From: Bdellovibrionales bacterium
GTDB lineage: Bacteria > Bdellovibrionota > Bdellovibrionia > Bdellovibrionales > UBA1609
Direction of reading: 5' to 3'
NCBI GenBank assembly: GCA_007121385.1
Contig: SKLV01000013.1
Span: 379-64,378 of the forward strand
Length of the DNA: 64,000 nucleotides
In this document: piece by piece, positions 1 through 9,037 of the stretch
Numbering within the stretch: position 1 is the first letter of the stretch
How the letters are laid out: every line of letters begins with the position of its first letter
Position numbers and translations under genes: made by a program
The notes under the pieces: model-generated
Database searches by the model: none
Seen by the model: the letters and a program-made list of their open reading frames with translations, nothing else
Told to the model about the DNA's origin: nothing

Positions 1-409
1 GGAGTCCAGCCCAGTAGGTGCAGCCGGAGCCCCAAATGCCATGGTAAGGATAGACCACAGAAAAGTCGAAATAAGTGGAGCAGTAGTGGAGGTGCTGACC
101 ACTTTGTCGATGGGTGTAGCCCTGGGTATTGGGATTGTAGTGGCAATGGTTGGGGTCTCCGTGGGTTAAAAAGTACTCAGAGTAGTGAGCATCGGAATAG
201 GCGCAGTCAATGCGCTGTCCGCGGGAGTCCATATAGCCATAGCCAGAATGAAAATCATAGAGACTGCAGGCTGGCAGGCCCCCAGAGCTGTAAGTGGGGT
301 CAACACCGCCAATGGGGCCAACGGCCTGCCCAGATCCTCCCCCGCCGCAGCCAACAAGGCTCAGGCTTGAGGTGAACAGGATTAAACTAAGGACCATTAA
401 GGCCTTCAT
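1..409 (-). CDS. Secreted lipoprotein, His/Tyr/Cys-rich; 3' end lies beyond the window edge
   Basis: My own minus-strand translation from the ATG (complement of 407-409) gives MKALMVLSLILFTSSLSLVGCGGGGSGQAVGPIGGVDPTYSS...HCHYNPNTQGYTHRQSGQHLHYCSTYFDFSVVYPYHGIWGSGCTYWAGL. Lipobox is L-V-G-C. The frame stays open to position 1, which is why it is absent from the ORF track. Confidence 0.6.
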   Translation of the reverse strand, partial: MKALMVLSLILFTSSLSLVGCGGGGSGQAVGPIGGVDPTYSSGGLPACSLYDFHSGYGYMDSRGQRIDCAYSDAHYSEYFLTHGDPNHCHYNPNTQGYTHRQSGQHLHYCSTYFDFSVVYPYHGIWGSGCTYWAGL

Positions 410-621
410 TGTGAGAGTCTCCTTTAATTTTATTTTCATGCACTATCTTAACGATTCAAGATCTGTGCCGAGGTCTGAGGTTGAGGCGGGAGGGGGCTTC
501 TCCAATTTAGGGCCTTGTAAGAGCCCAGAAAGGCGCTTAAAAGACCCTCAACGGCTCCTCAACTGCCCATGAATTGGAGCCCAAGGACAAGCTTTGCCAA
601 CAGGGAGCAATTTATGTCACC

Positions 622-688
622 CTAAAAGGGCTAAAAGGGATAAAGGGATAAAGGGATAAAGGGCTAAAAGGGATAAAGGGATAAAGGG
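622..688. repeat. Tandem 8/9-nt repeat, 8 units (CTAAAAGGG x2, ATAAAGGG x3, CTAAAAGGG, ATAAAGGG x2)
   Basis: Read directly. Units start at 622, 631, 640, 648, 656, 664, 673 and 681. The last unit runs into AGGGAGGGGG just upstream of the TTG at 700. Confidence 0.9.
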
Positions 689-699
689 AGGGGGCCGAA

Positions 700-1524
700 T
701 TGGCAAAAAGCATAAAATGGAGGACTTCCCGGCCAGGGCACTTGATGGGGAAGATAGCTTTTGTTTTCTGCCTCTTGACGGGGGCCTTGGGAAGCCCCAA
801 GGCTTTGGCTCGAGTTTTTGACTTTAAGGAGGAGAGTTTTGCGGTTTATTTTCGTGGCACTGGAGGGCCCTCTCTCTTAAAGGATCAGAGCTTTCGTGGG
901 GCCTTTGACCCCAGTGATGTGACTTTAAGCTCCAAGGCTCAATACAATTTAGGCGGAGAGCTGGGGGTCTTGTGGGCTCTCTTTCCTCAGACTCAGCTGC
1001 GCTTAGGTTTTGAGGCTTTGCAAGTCAAGCCCGCGCGAGAAGCTCCAGGTATAAGTGGAGGTGGACAGACTCTTTTGACCCTAGACAGTGAAGTTCTGCT
1101 TTTCCACCCCAATGCCGTATTGGAGGTGAACCTGATAGAGGAAAGTCAGTGGCGAGCTTTTTTGCTGGGAGGGAGTGGATGGGGCATGGTCCATCTGACC
1201 AATGACTTTGCCCTCACTTCGGCTGGTGAAGTGGCCCTCGGCAAAGACAGTTTTATAGAAAAATCTTTGGCTTCTGCCTGGTCCTGGCAGGCTGGTTTAG
1301 GGGGGGAATGGCACTTTACAGACACCTCTACAGTTCAGTTGGAGGCGGGCTATCGCAGCTTGCTGTTCTCCTCGTTGAAGCTCAAGTCCGCGGTGGACAG
1401 CTTGGCGCAGGGGCCCACGGCGGCCGGGGAGACTTTGCTGAGTTTTGATGGGGAAACTCGGGGACTAAATTTAAGTGGCCTCTATATATCGTTCAGCTTT
1501 CGCTTTTATATTAAATTTATTTGA
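700..1524 (+). CDS. Putative outer-membrane beta-barrel protein
   Basis: Signal peptide GKIAFVFCLLTGALGSPKALA. Alternating-hydrophobic strands and Gly/aromatic-rich sequence, ending in an aromatic-rich ...SFSFRFYIKFI. The TTG at 700 has a strong SD (GGGAGGGGG, 5-6 nt spacing). ATG 745 is an alternative start. Confidence 0.55.
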   Translation: MAKSIKWRTSRPGHLMGKIAFVFCLLTGALGSPKALARVFDFKEESFAVYFRGTGGPSLLKDQSFRGAFDPSDVTLSSKAQYNLGGELGVLWALFPQTQLRLGFEALQVKPAREAPGISGGGQTLLTLDSEVLLFHPNAVLEVNLIEESQWRAFLLGGSGWGMVHLTNDFALTSAGEVALGKDSFIEKSLASAWSWQAGLGGEWHFTDTSTVQLEAGYRSLLFSSLKLKSAVDSLAQGPTAAGETLLSFDGETRGLNLSGLYISFSFRFYIKFI

Positions 1525-3321
1525 TTAAGCGTAAAGTCGGTTAAGAATATCCTGATAGCGCTCATCGCAGATCTTGCGTTTCACCTTAAGACTGGGAGTG
1601 AGCTCTCCTCTTTCGATAGAGAAATCATGGGGCAGAATCGCAAAGTTTTTAATGCTCTCATGGTCGGCCAACTTTTCATTGGCCTTATTGACAGCCTGAA
1701 CAATGAGGTCATGGATTTTGGGGTGCTGAGAGAGGGCTTCGAAATTTTGAAAAGAAATTTTTTCTTGACGAGCAAAGGCGGCAGCCATGGCCTCATTGAG
1801 AGTGATTAAGGCCACAACATATTTGCGTTGATCGCCATGAATATGAACATGACCCACCATAGGATGAAGCTTCAATAAATTTTCCAATTTTTGCGGGGCC
1901 ACATACTTGCCTCCCGAGGTCTTGATCAGATCCTTTTTCCTATCGGTGATACGCAAAAAACCCTCCGGACTCAACTCACCTACATCTCCAGTGGCCAAAA
2001 AGCCGTCTTGGGTCAGTGCTTGAGCTGTCGCTTCAGGGTCGGCATAGTACTCTTTCATGACCTTTTGACTGCGGATCAGAATCTCTCCATCTTCTGCCAG
2101 TTGAATCTCCACATCGCCAATGGGTTTTCCCACGGTGCCAAAGCGGTAGGCAAAAGGAGTGTTGACCGTGACAGCGGCCGTGGTTTCAGTGAGCCCGTAG
2201 CCCTCGAGAATCAAAAGCCCTGCGGAATGAAAAAACTCAGCCAGAGTTGGGTTCAAAGGAGCTCCTCCGCAAACCGCAAAGCGCAGACGTCCTCCAAAAG
2301 CCTTCGCCACCGATTGTAGGAGCCAATTTTGCGCGAGAAGTCCAGCTCCCAGTTCAATGGGGCCTAGGGCTTCGCGGGCCATTTGTTTTTGACTGAGAGC
2401 TCCCCCAGCGCTGAGAGCCCAGTCAAAGACTGTCTTTTGCCAAAAGGGTCGATTTTCCAGCTCCGAGAGGATGCTGGCATGAAACTTTTCGAAAATCCGT
2501 GGAACAGCCACCATAATGCTGGGCTGAATCTCCTGCAAGTTTTGGCGGAGTCCTTCAATACTTTGGGCAAAGGCCAGAGAGTAACCCCAGTAAATACTCC
2601 CCCAGAACTCCACCCGCCCAAGTACATGGGCCAGAGGCAAGAAAATCAGGCTCGAGTCCTCAGGCCCCACACCCATTGCCGAAAAGGCTTCGGTGACTTC
2701 GCTCATGATCTGGGTGTGGGTGAGAACCACCCCCTTGGGCTGCCCCGTAGTTCCCGAGGTGTAAATGATGGTGGCTAAATCTGAGGGTTTAATCTTTTGA
2801 ATGCTCTTAGCGAACTCCTCTGGAGCTCTGCTTTCGAGCTCTTGGCCCTCTTGCAGAAGGCGAGAATAGCCAATCCACTTTTTGGCCGAGCTTTTAACCT
2901 CTCCCTCAAGCAAAATGACCTGTTCCACTGAGGGGACAGTACTTTGAACTTTCTGCCATTTCTCCCATTGACTCAGGTCCTCAAGAACTAAGATTTTGGC
3001 TTGGCAGTTGTTGAGAATGTAGGCCAACTCCTCGGGGAGAGTGCTCTGGTAAATGGGGACAGTCACAGCACCGCAGCCCATTGTCGCCATATCAAAAAGT
3101 CCCCACTCATAGCGCGTGGCAGAGAGAATAGCGACTCGGTCCCCCCAAGATAACCCCAAGCTTTGGAGAGCCAGAGCCAGTTGACTAGACTGACTGAAGG
3201 CCTCAGTCCAAGTCAGACTATTCCAGAGGCTTTGGCGTTTGAACTTGAAGGCAGCCTGCTGAGAAGGGCGGCTTCGGGCAGCTAAAAAGTGATGACAGAT
3301 GCTTGAGGTCATGGAAACCAA
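1525..3321 (-). CDS. Long-chain fatty acid--CoA ligase (AMP-forming acyl-CoA synthetase)
   Basis: AMP-binding motifs YTSGTTGQPKGV, EGYGLTETT and TGDVGEL...DRKKDLIKTSGGKYVAPQ. Length 598 aa. Confidence 0.9.
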   Translation of the reverse strand: MVSMTSSICHHFLAARSRPSQQAAFKFKRQSLWNSLTWTEAFSQSSQLALALQSLGLSWGDRVAILSATRYEWGLFDMATMGCGAVTVPIYQSTLPEELAYILNNCQAKILVLEDLSQWEKWQKVQSTVPSVEQVILLEGEVKSSAKKWIGYSRLLQEGQELESRAPEEFAKSIQKIKPSDLATIIYTSGTTGQPKGVVLTHTQIMSEVTEAFSAMGVGPEDSSLIFLPLAHVLGRVEFWGSIYWGYSLAFAQSIEGLRQNLQEIQPSIMVAVPRIFEKFHASILSELENRPFWQKTVFDWALSAGGALSQKQMAREALGPIELGAGLLAQNWLLQSVAKAFGGRLRFAVCGGAPLNPTLAEFFHSAGLLILEGYGLTETTAAVTVNTPFAYRFGTVGKPIGDVEIQLAEDGEILIRSQKVMKEYYADPEATAQALTQDGFLATGDVGELSPEGFLRITDRKKDLIKTSGGKYVAPQKLENLLKLHPMVGHVHIHGDQRKYVVALITLNEAMAAAFARQEKISFQNFEALSQHPKIHDLIVQAVNKANEKLADHESIKNFAILPHDFSIERGELTPSLKVKRKICDERYQDILNRLYA

Positions 3322-3352
3322 TTCTTAGGTGAGGTCTAGGTTTTTTCAAGCC

Positions 3353-5593
3353 TTATTTCTGGCTGCCGGAAGGACTTCGTTTTCGCGGGTCTCTGAGATC
3401 CAAAATCACTGAGCGATGTTGATTCTGTTCAATTTGGACCCGTTGGCGAGCGGAGCGATTATTTACCCGGTTAACGGCGCGAATCTCTAGGGCTGTATTG
3501 GCAGGAACCATTCTGCGGGAAATGGGAAGACTTTCCCCTTTCAGCTCGATGCCATCAATAAAAATGGTGACATTGACTGGGGGTCTCACATCGATATCCA
3601 GATAGGCCACGGCGGCAGGCTGCAGGGTGGCATTAAAAGAAGAAGATCCTCCAGAGCTCATATTTCGCGTGCTCTCATAGTCAATGTAGCCCGTTCGTTT
3701 AAGAGTAATAGCAAAGCTTCCAGAGCTGGGCACAGGGACCTTGGAGGGAGTCACCATTCCCGTGGACCGCCCATTGATCAGTATTTCGGCTCCAGAAGGG
3801 GTGCTGTTGATCACCAGCTCCTTAAACTGGGCGGTGACTGCAGGCGGTGTTGTGGGAGCAGGCGTAGGCTGAGGAGGAGTCACTGCCTCTTGGTGGAGAA
3901 GTAGAGGTTCTTGTTCAGAAGCCTGCTCGGTCACATTCATTGAGATGCCCACCAACTCGTGGAAGGGCTTTATGTAGGTGTCCAATTGGCTGACGAGGGG
4001 TGCCATGGGCTCTGGTGCCATTTTAGCGGCCAATGCATATAAAGTCAGAGCTCCTAATAGCAGAGCCACTAACTGGCTGAGTCCAAATCCCGATTTGGAG
4101 GCTGACTTTTTAGTGACCGATGTCTTCCCTCTTTGGCTTGGTGGCCCTCGAAGAGTCGAAACATCCTGAATTTGGATTTTAGGCCCTACCTTTTGAAGTT
4201 TGCTGGCCAGAGACTTAGTGAGAGCCGTTTGATCAAGAATGGTCTTGCCCGTGGTCGCTGTTCCCTCATTGTCCAGGTCCTTTGAGGCCTCTGTGTCCTT
4301 AGGCTTTTGAGGGCTGGGGAGAGGATTTTGCATAAAGGGAACAGTGGCATCGGGGTCTGGGTCTTCACTTTGACTTTGAGTAAAATCAATATTGGACTCA
4401 GTGAAGGTATGCTCTCTTTGGAGAGACTCAGACTTAGACCCAAGGGAGATGGAGGGAATAGAGGAAGTGACTGGTCCCGTCCCCGTGGACTCACCCGTCG
4501 CCTTAGTCTCTGAGGGGGCGGACAGAAAAGAGCCTGTGTTCAAAGAGCTGAGGCTACTCTCCTCGGGTTGGTTGGCCTCACTGACTCCTTGAGGCCTTGA
4601 ATCAGTACCGGCCTGCAGTTGAAGTTGGGAGTACTCCACCAGGCGCTTTCGAGTATTGAGAATATCTTCAGCAAAAAGAGTTTTAATAAAAATTGAAAAA
4701 TCATGAGAGGAAAAATCAGGATACTGCCGGTTAAGAAAGCGGTTCAAATCTCGGTAAAGAGCCGCAGCATTTTGGTAGCGCAGATTTCTATCTCGAGCGA
4801 GGGCTTTTTGTGTAATGCGCTCCAGCTCGTTGGGGATATTGGGGTTGATTTTTTTGAGAGAGGGAACCTGACAATCTCGGATCTTGCGGAGGGTATTAAT
4901 TTCATTGTTGGCCAGAAACAAGCGGTCGTTGGCCAAAAGCTCCCAGAGTATGATGCCCAGAGAAAAAATATCTGTTCTCGGGTCCACCTTTTGACCTTCA
5001 GCTTGCTCGGGACTCATGTATCCAAACTTACCTTTTAGGGTTCCTGTGCGTGTGGTCTCCAACTGAATTTCTGCTTTGGCGATTCCAAAGTCCACCACCT
5101 TGACTTCTCCCTCAAAGCTGACCATCACATTTTGGGGACTCATATCTCGGTGAGTGATGTTTAAAGGCTTGCCTGTGGTCCCATTGATGGAGCGGTGGGC
5201 ATGATCCAGCCCTGCCGCCACTTCACGGACCATAAACACAATTTGATCAATGCCAAATTTAGCAGTACTTTTTTTCATTTTGTTGAGAATTTGGCGCAGG
5301 TTGCGCCCCTCAACATAGTCCATCACAATAAAGAATTGGTTATTCTGTGTTCCAAACTCGTGCAAAGATACGATATTGCTATGGCTGAGATTGATGGCGA
5401 TTTTAGCTTCATCTTTGAACATTTCGATAAACTCTTCCGCTTCAGCGTATTGGGGAAGAATTCTCTTGATGGCGACAAACTTGCCAATTCCTCCTGCCCC
5501 CGTGGTCCGCGCAAGAAACACTTCGGCCATGCCACCTGTGGCCAGCTTTTCCAGCAGCAAGTATTTGCCAAAATACTCAAAAGATTGACTCAT
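3353..5593 (-). CDS. Ser/Thr protein kinase with a TM segment and C-terminal PEGA-type domains
   Basis: Hanks kinase motifs: GGMAEV...VAIK, HRDMSPQNV, DFGIAKA, GYMSPEQ. A low-complexity S/P/T linker, then TM LVALLLGALTLYALAA, then the PEGA-like INSTPSGAEILINGRSTGMVTP. Confidence 0.9.
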   Translation of the reverse strand: MSQSFEYFGKYLLLEKLATGGMAEVFLARTTGAGGIGKFVAIKRILPQYAEAEEFIEMFKDEAKIAINLSHSNIVSLHEFGTQNNQFFIVMDYVEGRNLRQILNKMKKSTAKFGIDQIVFMVREVAAGLDHAHRSINGTTGKPLNITHRDMSPQNVMVSFEGEVKVVDFGIAKAEIQLETTRTGTLKGKFGYMSPEQAEGQKVDPRTDIFSLGIILWELLANDRLFLANNEINTLRKIRDCQVPSLKKINPNIPNELERITQKALARDRNLRYQNAAALYRDLNRFLNRQYPDFSSHDFSIFIKTLFAEDILNTRKRLVEYSQLQLQAGTDSRPQGVSEANQPEESSLSSLNTGSFLSAPSETKATGESTGTGPVTSSIPSISLGSKSESLQREHTFTESNIDFTQSQSEDPDPDATVPFMQNPLPSPQKPKDTEASKDLDNEGTATTGKTILDQTALTKSLASKLQKVGPKIQIQDVSTLRGPPSQRGKTSVTKKSASKSGFGLSQLVALLLGALTLYALAAKMAPEPMAPLVSQLDTYIKPFHELVGISMNVTEQASEQEPLLLHQEAVTPPQPTPAPTTPPAVTAQFKELVINSTPSGAEILINGRSTGMVTPSKVPVPSSGSFAITLKRTGYIDYESTRNMSSGGSSSFNATLQPAAVAYLDIDVRPPVNVTIFIDGIELKGESLPISRRMVPANTALEIRAVNRVNNRSARQRVQIEQNQHRSVILDLRDPRKRSPSGSQK

Positions 5594-5666
5594 CTTAATA
5601 GCTCTATCGGGCTTTTCCCCTCTGACCTTGATACTTCTGGAGAAACTGTACTAAGGTGGAGCTAAG

Positions 5667-6269
5667 ATGAAGTGGGTGGGACTGACCGGAAGTATAGGAT
5701 CGGGAAAAAGCTCGGTGGGGGAAATACTCCGCCGAAGAGGTTACCCTGTGGTCAGTGCGGATGCTTTGGCCCGTGAGGCGGTGCAAAAGGGATCTCCCAT
5801 CCTAGAAACCATTGTGGAGGAGTTCGGAGCTCAGGCCTTAAGTCCAGAGGGGGATTTGGACCGCCAGACCTTGGCCGAGTTGGTTTTTTCTCAACCGAAA
5901 GAGCTGCAGAAGTTGGAGGCACTGATTCACCCTGAGGTCCGCCGCTTAAGTCGCGAGAGGCGCCAAAGTCTTGAGAAGCAGGGGCACGAAATGGCTTTTT
6001 ATGATGTTCCTCTGCTCTTTGAGAAAAACTTGGCTGGGGACTTTGATTTTGTGGCTGTGGTGATGGCTCCGCGGGATCAGCAAATCGAGAGAGTGCAGAG
6101 GAGAGATGGGCTCAGCTTTCAGCAAATTGAGGCTCGGCTCAATGTCCAGCTGGAGGATGCCAAAAAGGCTGAGAGGGCTGATTTTGTTTTGTTTAACGAC
6201 AAAGATTTCGATCACCTAGAGAGTCAGGTCGAGGCCCTTGTTTTGAGTCTTCAGCGCGCCCAGGAATAG
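5667..6269 (+). CDS. coaE: Dephospho-CoA kinase
   Basis: N-terminal P-loop VGLTGSIGSGKSSV. Length about 200 aa. SD AAGGTGGAG lies upstream. Confidence 0.85.
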   Translation: MKWVGLTGSIGSGKSSVGEILRRRGYPVVSADALAREAVQKGSPILETIVEEFGAQALSPEGDLDRQTLAELVFSQPKELQKLEALIHPEVRRLSRERRQSLEKQGHEMAFYDVPLLFEKNLAGDFDFVAVVMAPRDQQIERVQRRDGLSFQQIEARLNVQLEDAKKAERADFVLFNDKDFDHLESQVEALVLSLQRAQE

Positions 6270-6928
6270 CCAAAGGTGAATTGGGCGAGAACATCTTGGG
6301 GTCCGGCCAAGAGACTTAAGTCCATTCTGACGCTGCGGGGAACTTTGAGAAGATCCTCAAAGCCCAGCTCTGCTCTGACCAAGTAGTTGTCAAAGTTCAA
6401 GAAACCAATCAGCTGCTGCTCAGCCCTTGGGCGATGAGCCAATCCGAGGCTCAGGTGGGGTCGATAAGCTTGGCGCTGGCGAAAAGTGAATTTGCGACTG
6501 AAGTGAAAAAAGCTTTTTTGTGAAGAGTGGTGACTGAGCCCCAGCTCCCAATGAGGAGAAAGGGGGCGGGGGAGCATATATTTAAGCGCAATTAGCCATA
6601 AAATTTCCCTTGGGTCCTCATTTTCCGCATCCCAGGCTGCGCCGAATTGGGCTGAGAAACTCTGTTGGTAATAGTAGTAGGAGGGGCGGGTGTTTTTTAC
6701 TGTCTCAATAGATAGCTGTGGTGAAGGCTGAAGGGGCGGAGGAGATACAATAATCATTCCGCTCTCTTCAAGACTCGGGCTTTCAACTGGGGAGGAAGAG
6801 GGAGATGGTCTTTCCTTAGGCACTGAGAAGCGAGTAGTTGGAGCGGCCTGGCTGGTTGGGCTCAGCGGCATAGTCAAAAGACCCAGAACACAAAATAAGC
6901 GCACAAAGAGAGGAGTCTGCCATTTCAT
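6251..6928 (-). CDS. Secreted hypothetical protein (Pro/Ser-rich N-terminal part, possible small OM barrel)
   Basis: Signal peptide MKWQTPLFVRLFCVLGLLTMPLSPTSQA. No recognisable motif. The start is uncertain (ATG 6928 or 6940, or GTG 6967). Confidence 0.45.
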   Translation of the reverse strand: MKWQTPLFVRLFCVLGLLTMPLSPTSQAAPTTRFSVPKERPSPSSSPVESPSLEESGMIIVSPPPLQPSPQLSIETVKNTRPSYYYYQQSFSAQFGAAWDAENEDPREILWLIALKYMLPRPLSPHWELGLSHHSSQKSFFHFSRKFTFRQRQAYRPHLSLGLAHRPRAEQQLIGFLNFDNYLVRAELGFEDLLKVPRSVRMDLSLLAGPQDVLAQFTFGYSWAR

Positions 6929-7000
6929 CAAATTTATCATACCCAAGTTAAAATCAAGAATATACACTTTTACTTAAATCTCAAAAGAGAGGGGATATTC

Positions 7001-8188
7001 ATGAAGCGTTTAGCGGGGTCTCTGCTTGGGAGTTGGTCTGTTCTTTTATTGATGGGCTTTTTGGGGGTTGCTGAATCTCAGGCCTCTGAGCCTCTCAATT
7101 TCTCCATTCATCAGGGATATATCAGCACCCGGGCCATGGGCATGGGCAACGCCTTTACGGCTCTGGCCGATGATCACAACGCCTTATTTTATAACCCGGC
7201 GGCTTTGGCTTTGCGTGAGCGAGGCAATATGCACTTTTTCTTGCGCGGCGGCTATGACCCGGGCCTCTTTGACTTTATTGGTGAAATTGGCGATGTGGAG
7301 GGGACTGAGTCTGAGAAGGCTGAGGCCCTGACGGACTTAATCGAAAGTAAGTATGGCTCTCATTTTGGCAACCCCCTTTTTGCTTTAGGGGGCTTTTGGG
7401 TTCGCCCCAATTGGGGTATGGCCTTCTTGCCAGCCGATATCAATTTGGACTTGGCCCTGCATCGCCAGGTGGGTCCCATGATCAATGTGAGCACCTATGT
7501 GGATAGCACCTTTGTCTATGGCTATGGACAGAGTGTGGATTGGTTGGGAGCCAATCATCCCCTGGCCCTGGGGGCGACGGTCAAAGCCGTCCATCGGGTT
7601 TATATTGGAGAGTCTGTCTCGGTCGCCAGCTTGGCGGCGGGAGATGATGTGGTGGATGCGGACTTTGCAAAAGAGGGAATGACCTTTGATGTGGATCTAG
7701 GCACTCTTTACAGTCCTCCCATTCCCGAGTCTGGGCCCTTTCGCTTTTTGCAGTATATGAAGCCCACCTTTGCTGTGGTGGTGCGCAATGTTCTGGACTA
7801 CGGATTTCCTCTGCAGTTGGGTTTGACTGGGGATAGCCCAGGGGAGCCACCCCCCTTGCAGAGACGCATTGATTTAGGATCTGTCTATCAACTGCCTCAG
7901 TTGTGGGTCTTTGACCCTCGCTTCTCGGTGGATTTACGCAATATTCTCCACGACAATTGGAGCTTTAAAAAAGGCCTTCATGTGGGGGCTGAGTTCTATT
8001 GGACCATGTTCAATTGGTGGAAAGGGCATTGGGCTGCAGGTCTGAATCAAGGCCATTTATCCCTAGGGCTTGGAGCCAAAATGGCCTTTTTCCAATTTGA
8101 TCTGGCCTATTGGGGGGAAGAAGTGGGGACACCCAGTGCCCCCAATAAGAGCGAGCGCTTTATGCTGGAACTCAGTTTAGACTTTTAA
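7001..8188 (+). CDS. FadL/TraF_2/PorV-like outer-membrane beta-barrel, paralog 1
   Basis: Signal peptide ...GVAESQA. N-terminal hatch-type motif TRAMGMGNAFTALADDHNALFYNPAALA. C-terminus ...MLELSLDF. SD GAGAGGGGA. Confidence 0.7.
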   Translation: MKRLAGSLLGSWSVLLLMGFLGVAESQASEPLNFSIHQGYISTRAMGMGNAFTALADDHNALFYNPAALALRERGNMHFFLRGGYDPGLFDFIGEIGDVEGTESEKAEALTDLIESKYGSHFGNPLFALGGFWVRPNWGMAFLPADINLDLALHRQVGPMINVSTYVDSTFVYGYGQSVDWLGANHPLALGATVKAVHRVYIGESVSVASLAAGDDVVDADFAKEGMTFDVDLGTLYSPPIPESGPFRFLQYMKPTFAVVVRNVLDYGFPLQLGLTGDSPGEPPPLQRRIDLGSVYQLPQLWVFDPRFSVDLRNILHDNWSFKKGLHVGAEFYWTMFNWWKGHWAAGLNQGHLSLGLGAKMAFFQFDLAYWGEEVGTPSAPNKSERFMLELSLDF

Positions 8189-8877
8189 ATCAACTCGAGA
8201 AGCTCTCTACCAATGTCTTCCGCTGTGGCCCCTCTGGCCACAGCCTCCTGAATATCTTTGCAGATTTCGGAGTCTTTGCCGCTGCAGTAGCTCTCGCTTA
8301 AAACCAGGGCGGCCTCGCCGATCACCTCGGGCTCACAACTGGGATCACTGCTTTTACATTTATCAAGGGCATCGTCAATTTGTGCTTGGGTGGGAGGTGT
8401 TCCATCCACTGAAATGAAGCCAATAGAACTGGCCAAGGTGGTGCCAATGAGAGAGAGATTGGCCAGGTAAATCAGCCCACCCACTCCAGACTGGTTGCAG
8501 AACTGAACGGCATCTTTAGCTGTGTCCAAGTCGTTGAGAGCCAAAACCATCATCAGGTTGGCCTCCTTATTGTCTGTGGCATCATCTTGGGCCTTCACGG
8601 CATCTAATATTTTTTTTGTGGTCAGGCCTCCGGCCATAAACTCAATGGAGCAGGCCAAAGCCATGGCCTGAGGGCCGGTTTTCCCTTCCACAAATTGCCG
8701 GCAGTTCTCCGCTTCAATGGGTTCGGAGGCCCGATCCAGGCACTGTTGTCCTTGAGCCAGGGCATCTAAATCCTTGTTTTCGCAGCCGAGAAGTCCTGTG
8801 GTGAGAAAGACAAGGGCTACAGCCGCACTCAGAGATAGAGAGGTGCCACGGAGAAGATCCTGAGAGAATGACAACAT
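8185..8877 (-). CDS. Acidic Cys-rich lipoprotein (8 Cys after the lipidated Cys), paralog A
   Basis: MLSFSQDLLRGTSLSLSAAVALVFLTTGLLGC has a lipobox. SD AAGGAG lies upstream of the ATG at 8877. The ORF-track N-terminal extension to 9039 lacks an SD. Confidence 0.6.
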   Translation of the reverse strand: MLSFSQDLLRGTSLSLSAAVALVFLTTGLLGCENKDLDALAQGQQCLDRASEPIEAENCRQFVEGKTGPQAMALACSIEFMAGGLTTKKILDAVKAQDDATDNKEANLMMVLALNDLDTAKDAVQFCNQSGVGGLIYLANLSLIGTTLASSIGFISVDGTPPTQAQIDDALDKCKSSDPSCEPEVIGEAALVLSESYCSGKDSEICKDIQEAVARGATAEDIGRELLELI

Positions 8878-9037
8878 ATGAATGACTCCTTTTTTCTTAA
8901 TTATCTGGGGAATTTGTCTGACTGTCATCTTCTCCCTCACCTTGGTCGAGATTTTCCCGACTTGGGATGGTTTTGTAGGGAGTCGTCTCAACTTGAGCCG
9001 GAGGGCTGCCGAAAAGGGTCTTGAAGGAGGTGATTCC

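Noticed and set aside
166-572. Track ORFs 166-357(-), 185-370(+) and 294-572(+)
   Set aside because: They lie within or overlap the open minus-strand lipoprotein frame (1-409), which has a proper signal peptide and lipobox. They have no SD or motif, and their composition is Pro/Ala-rich out-of-frame read-through.
612-800. Minus-strand ORF with repetitive SLYPFIPFSP peptide
   Set aside because: It is a translation artefact of the 8/9-nt tandem DNA repeat, and it overlaps the 5' end of the OMP gene.
8987-8997. Palindrome CTCAACTTGAG in the divergent lipoprotein/barrel-2 spacer
   Set aside because: At 11 nt, an imperfect operator-like palindrome of this size is expected by chance, and there is no second copy elsewhere in the locus.
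8878-9037. Long N-terminal extensions of the lipoprotein (to 9039) and of barrel 2 (from 8882) given by the ORF track
   Set aside because: The extensions overlap each other on opposite strands and lack an SD. Internal ATGs at 8877 and 9038 have AAGGAG/GAAGGAGG SDs and yield proper signal peptides.
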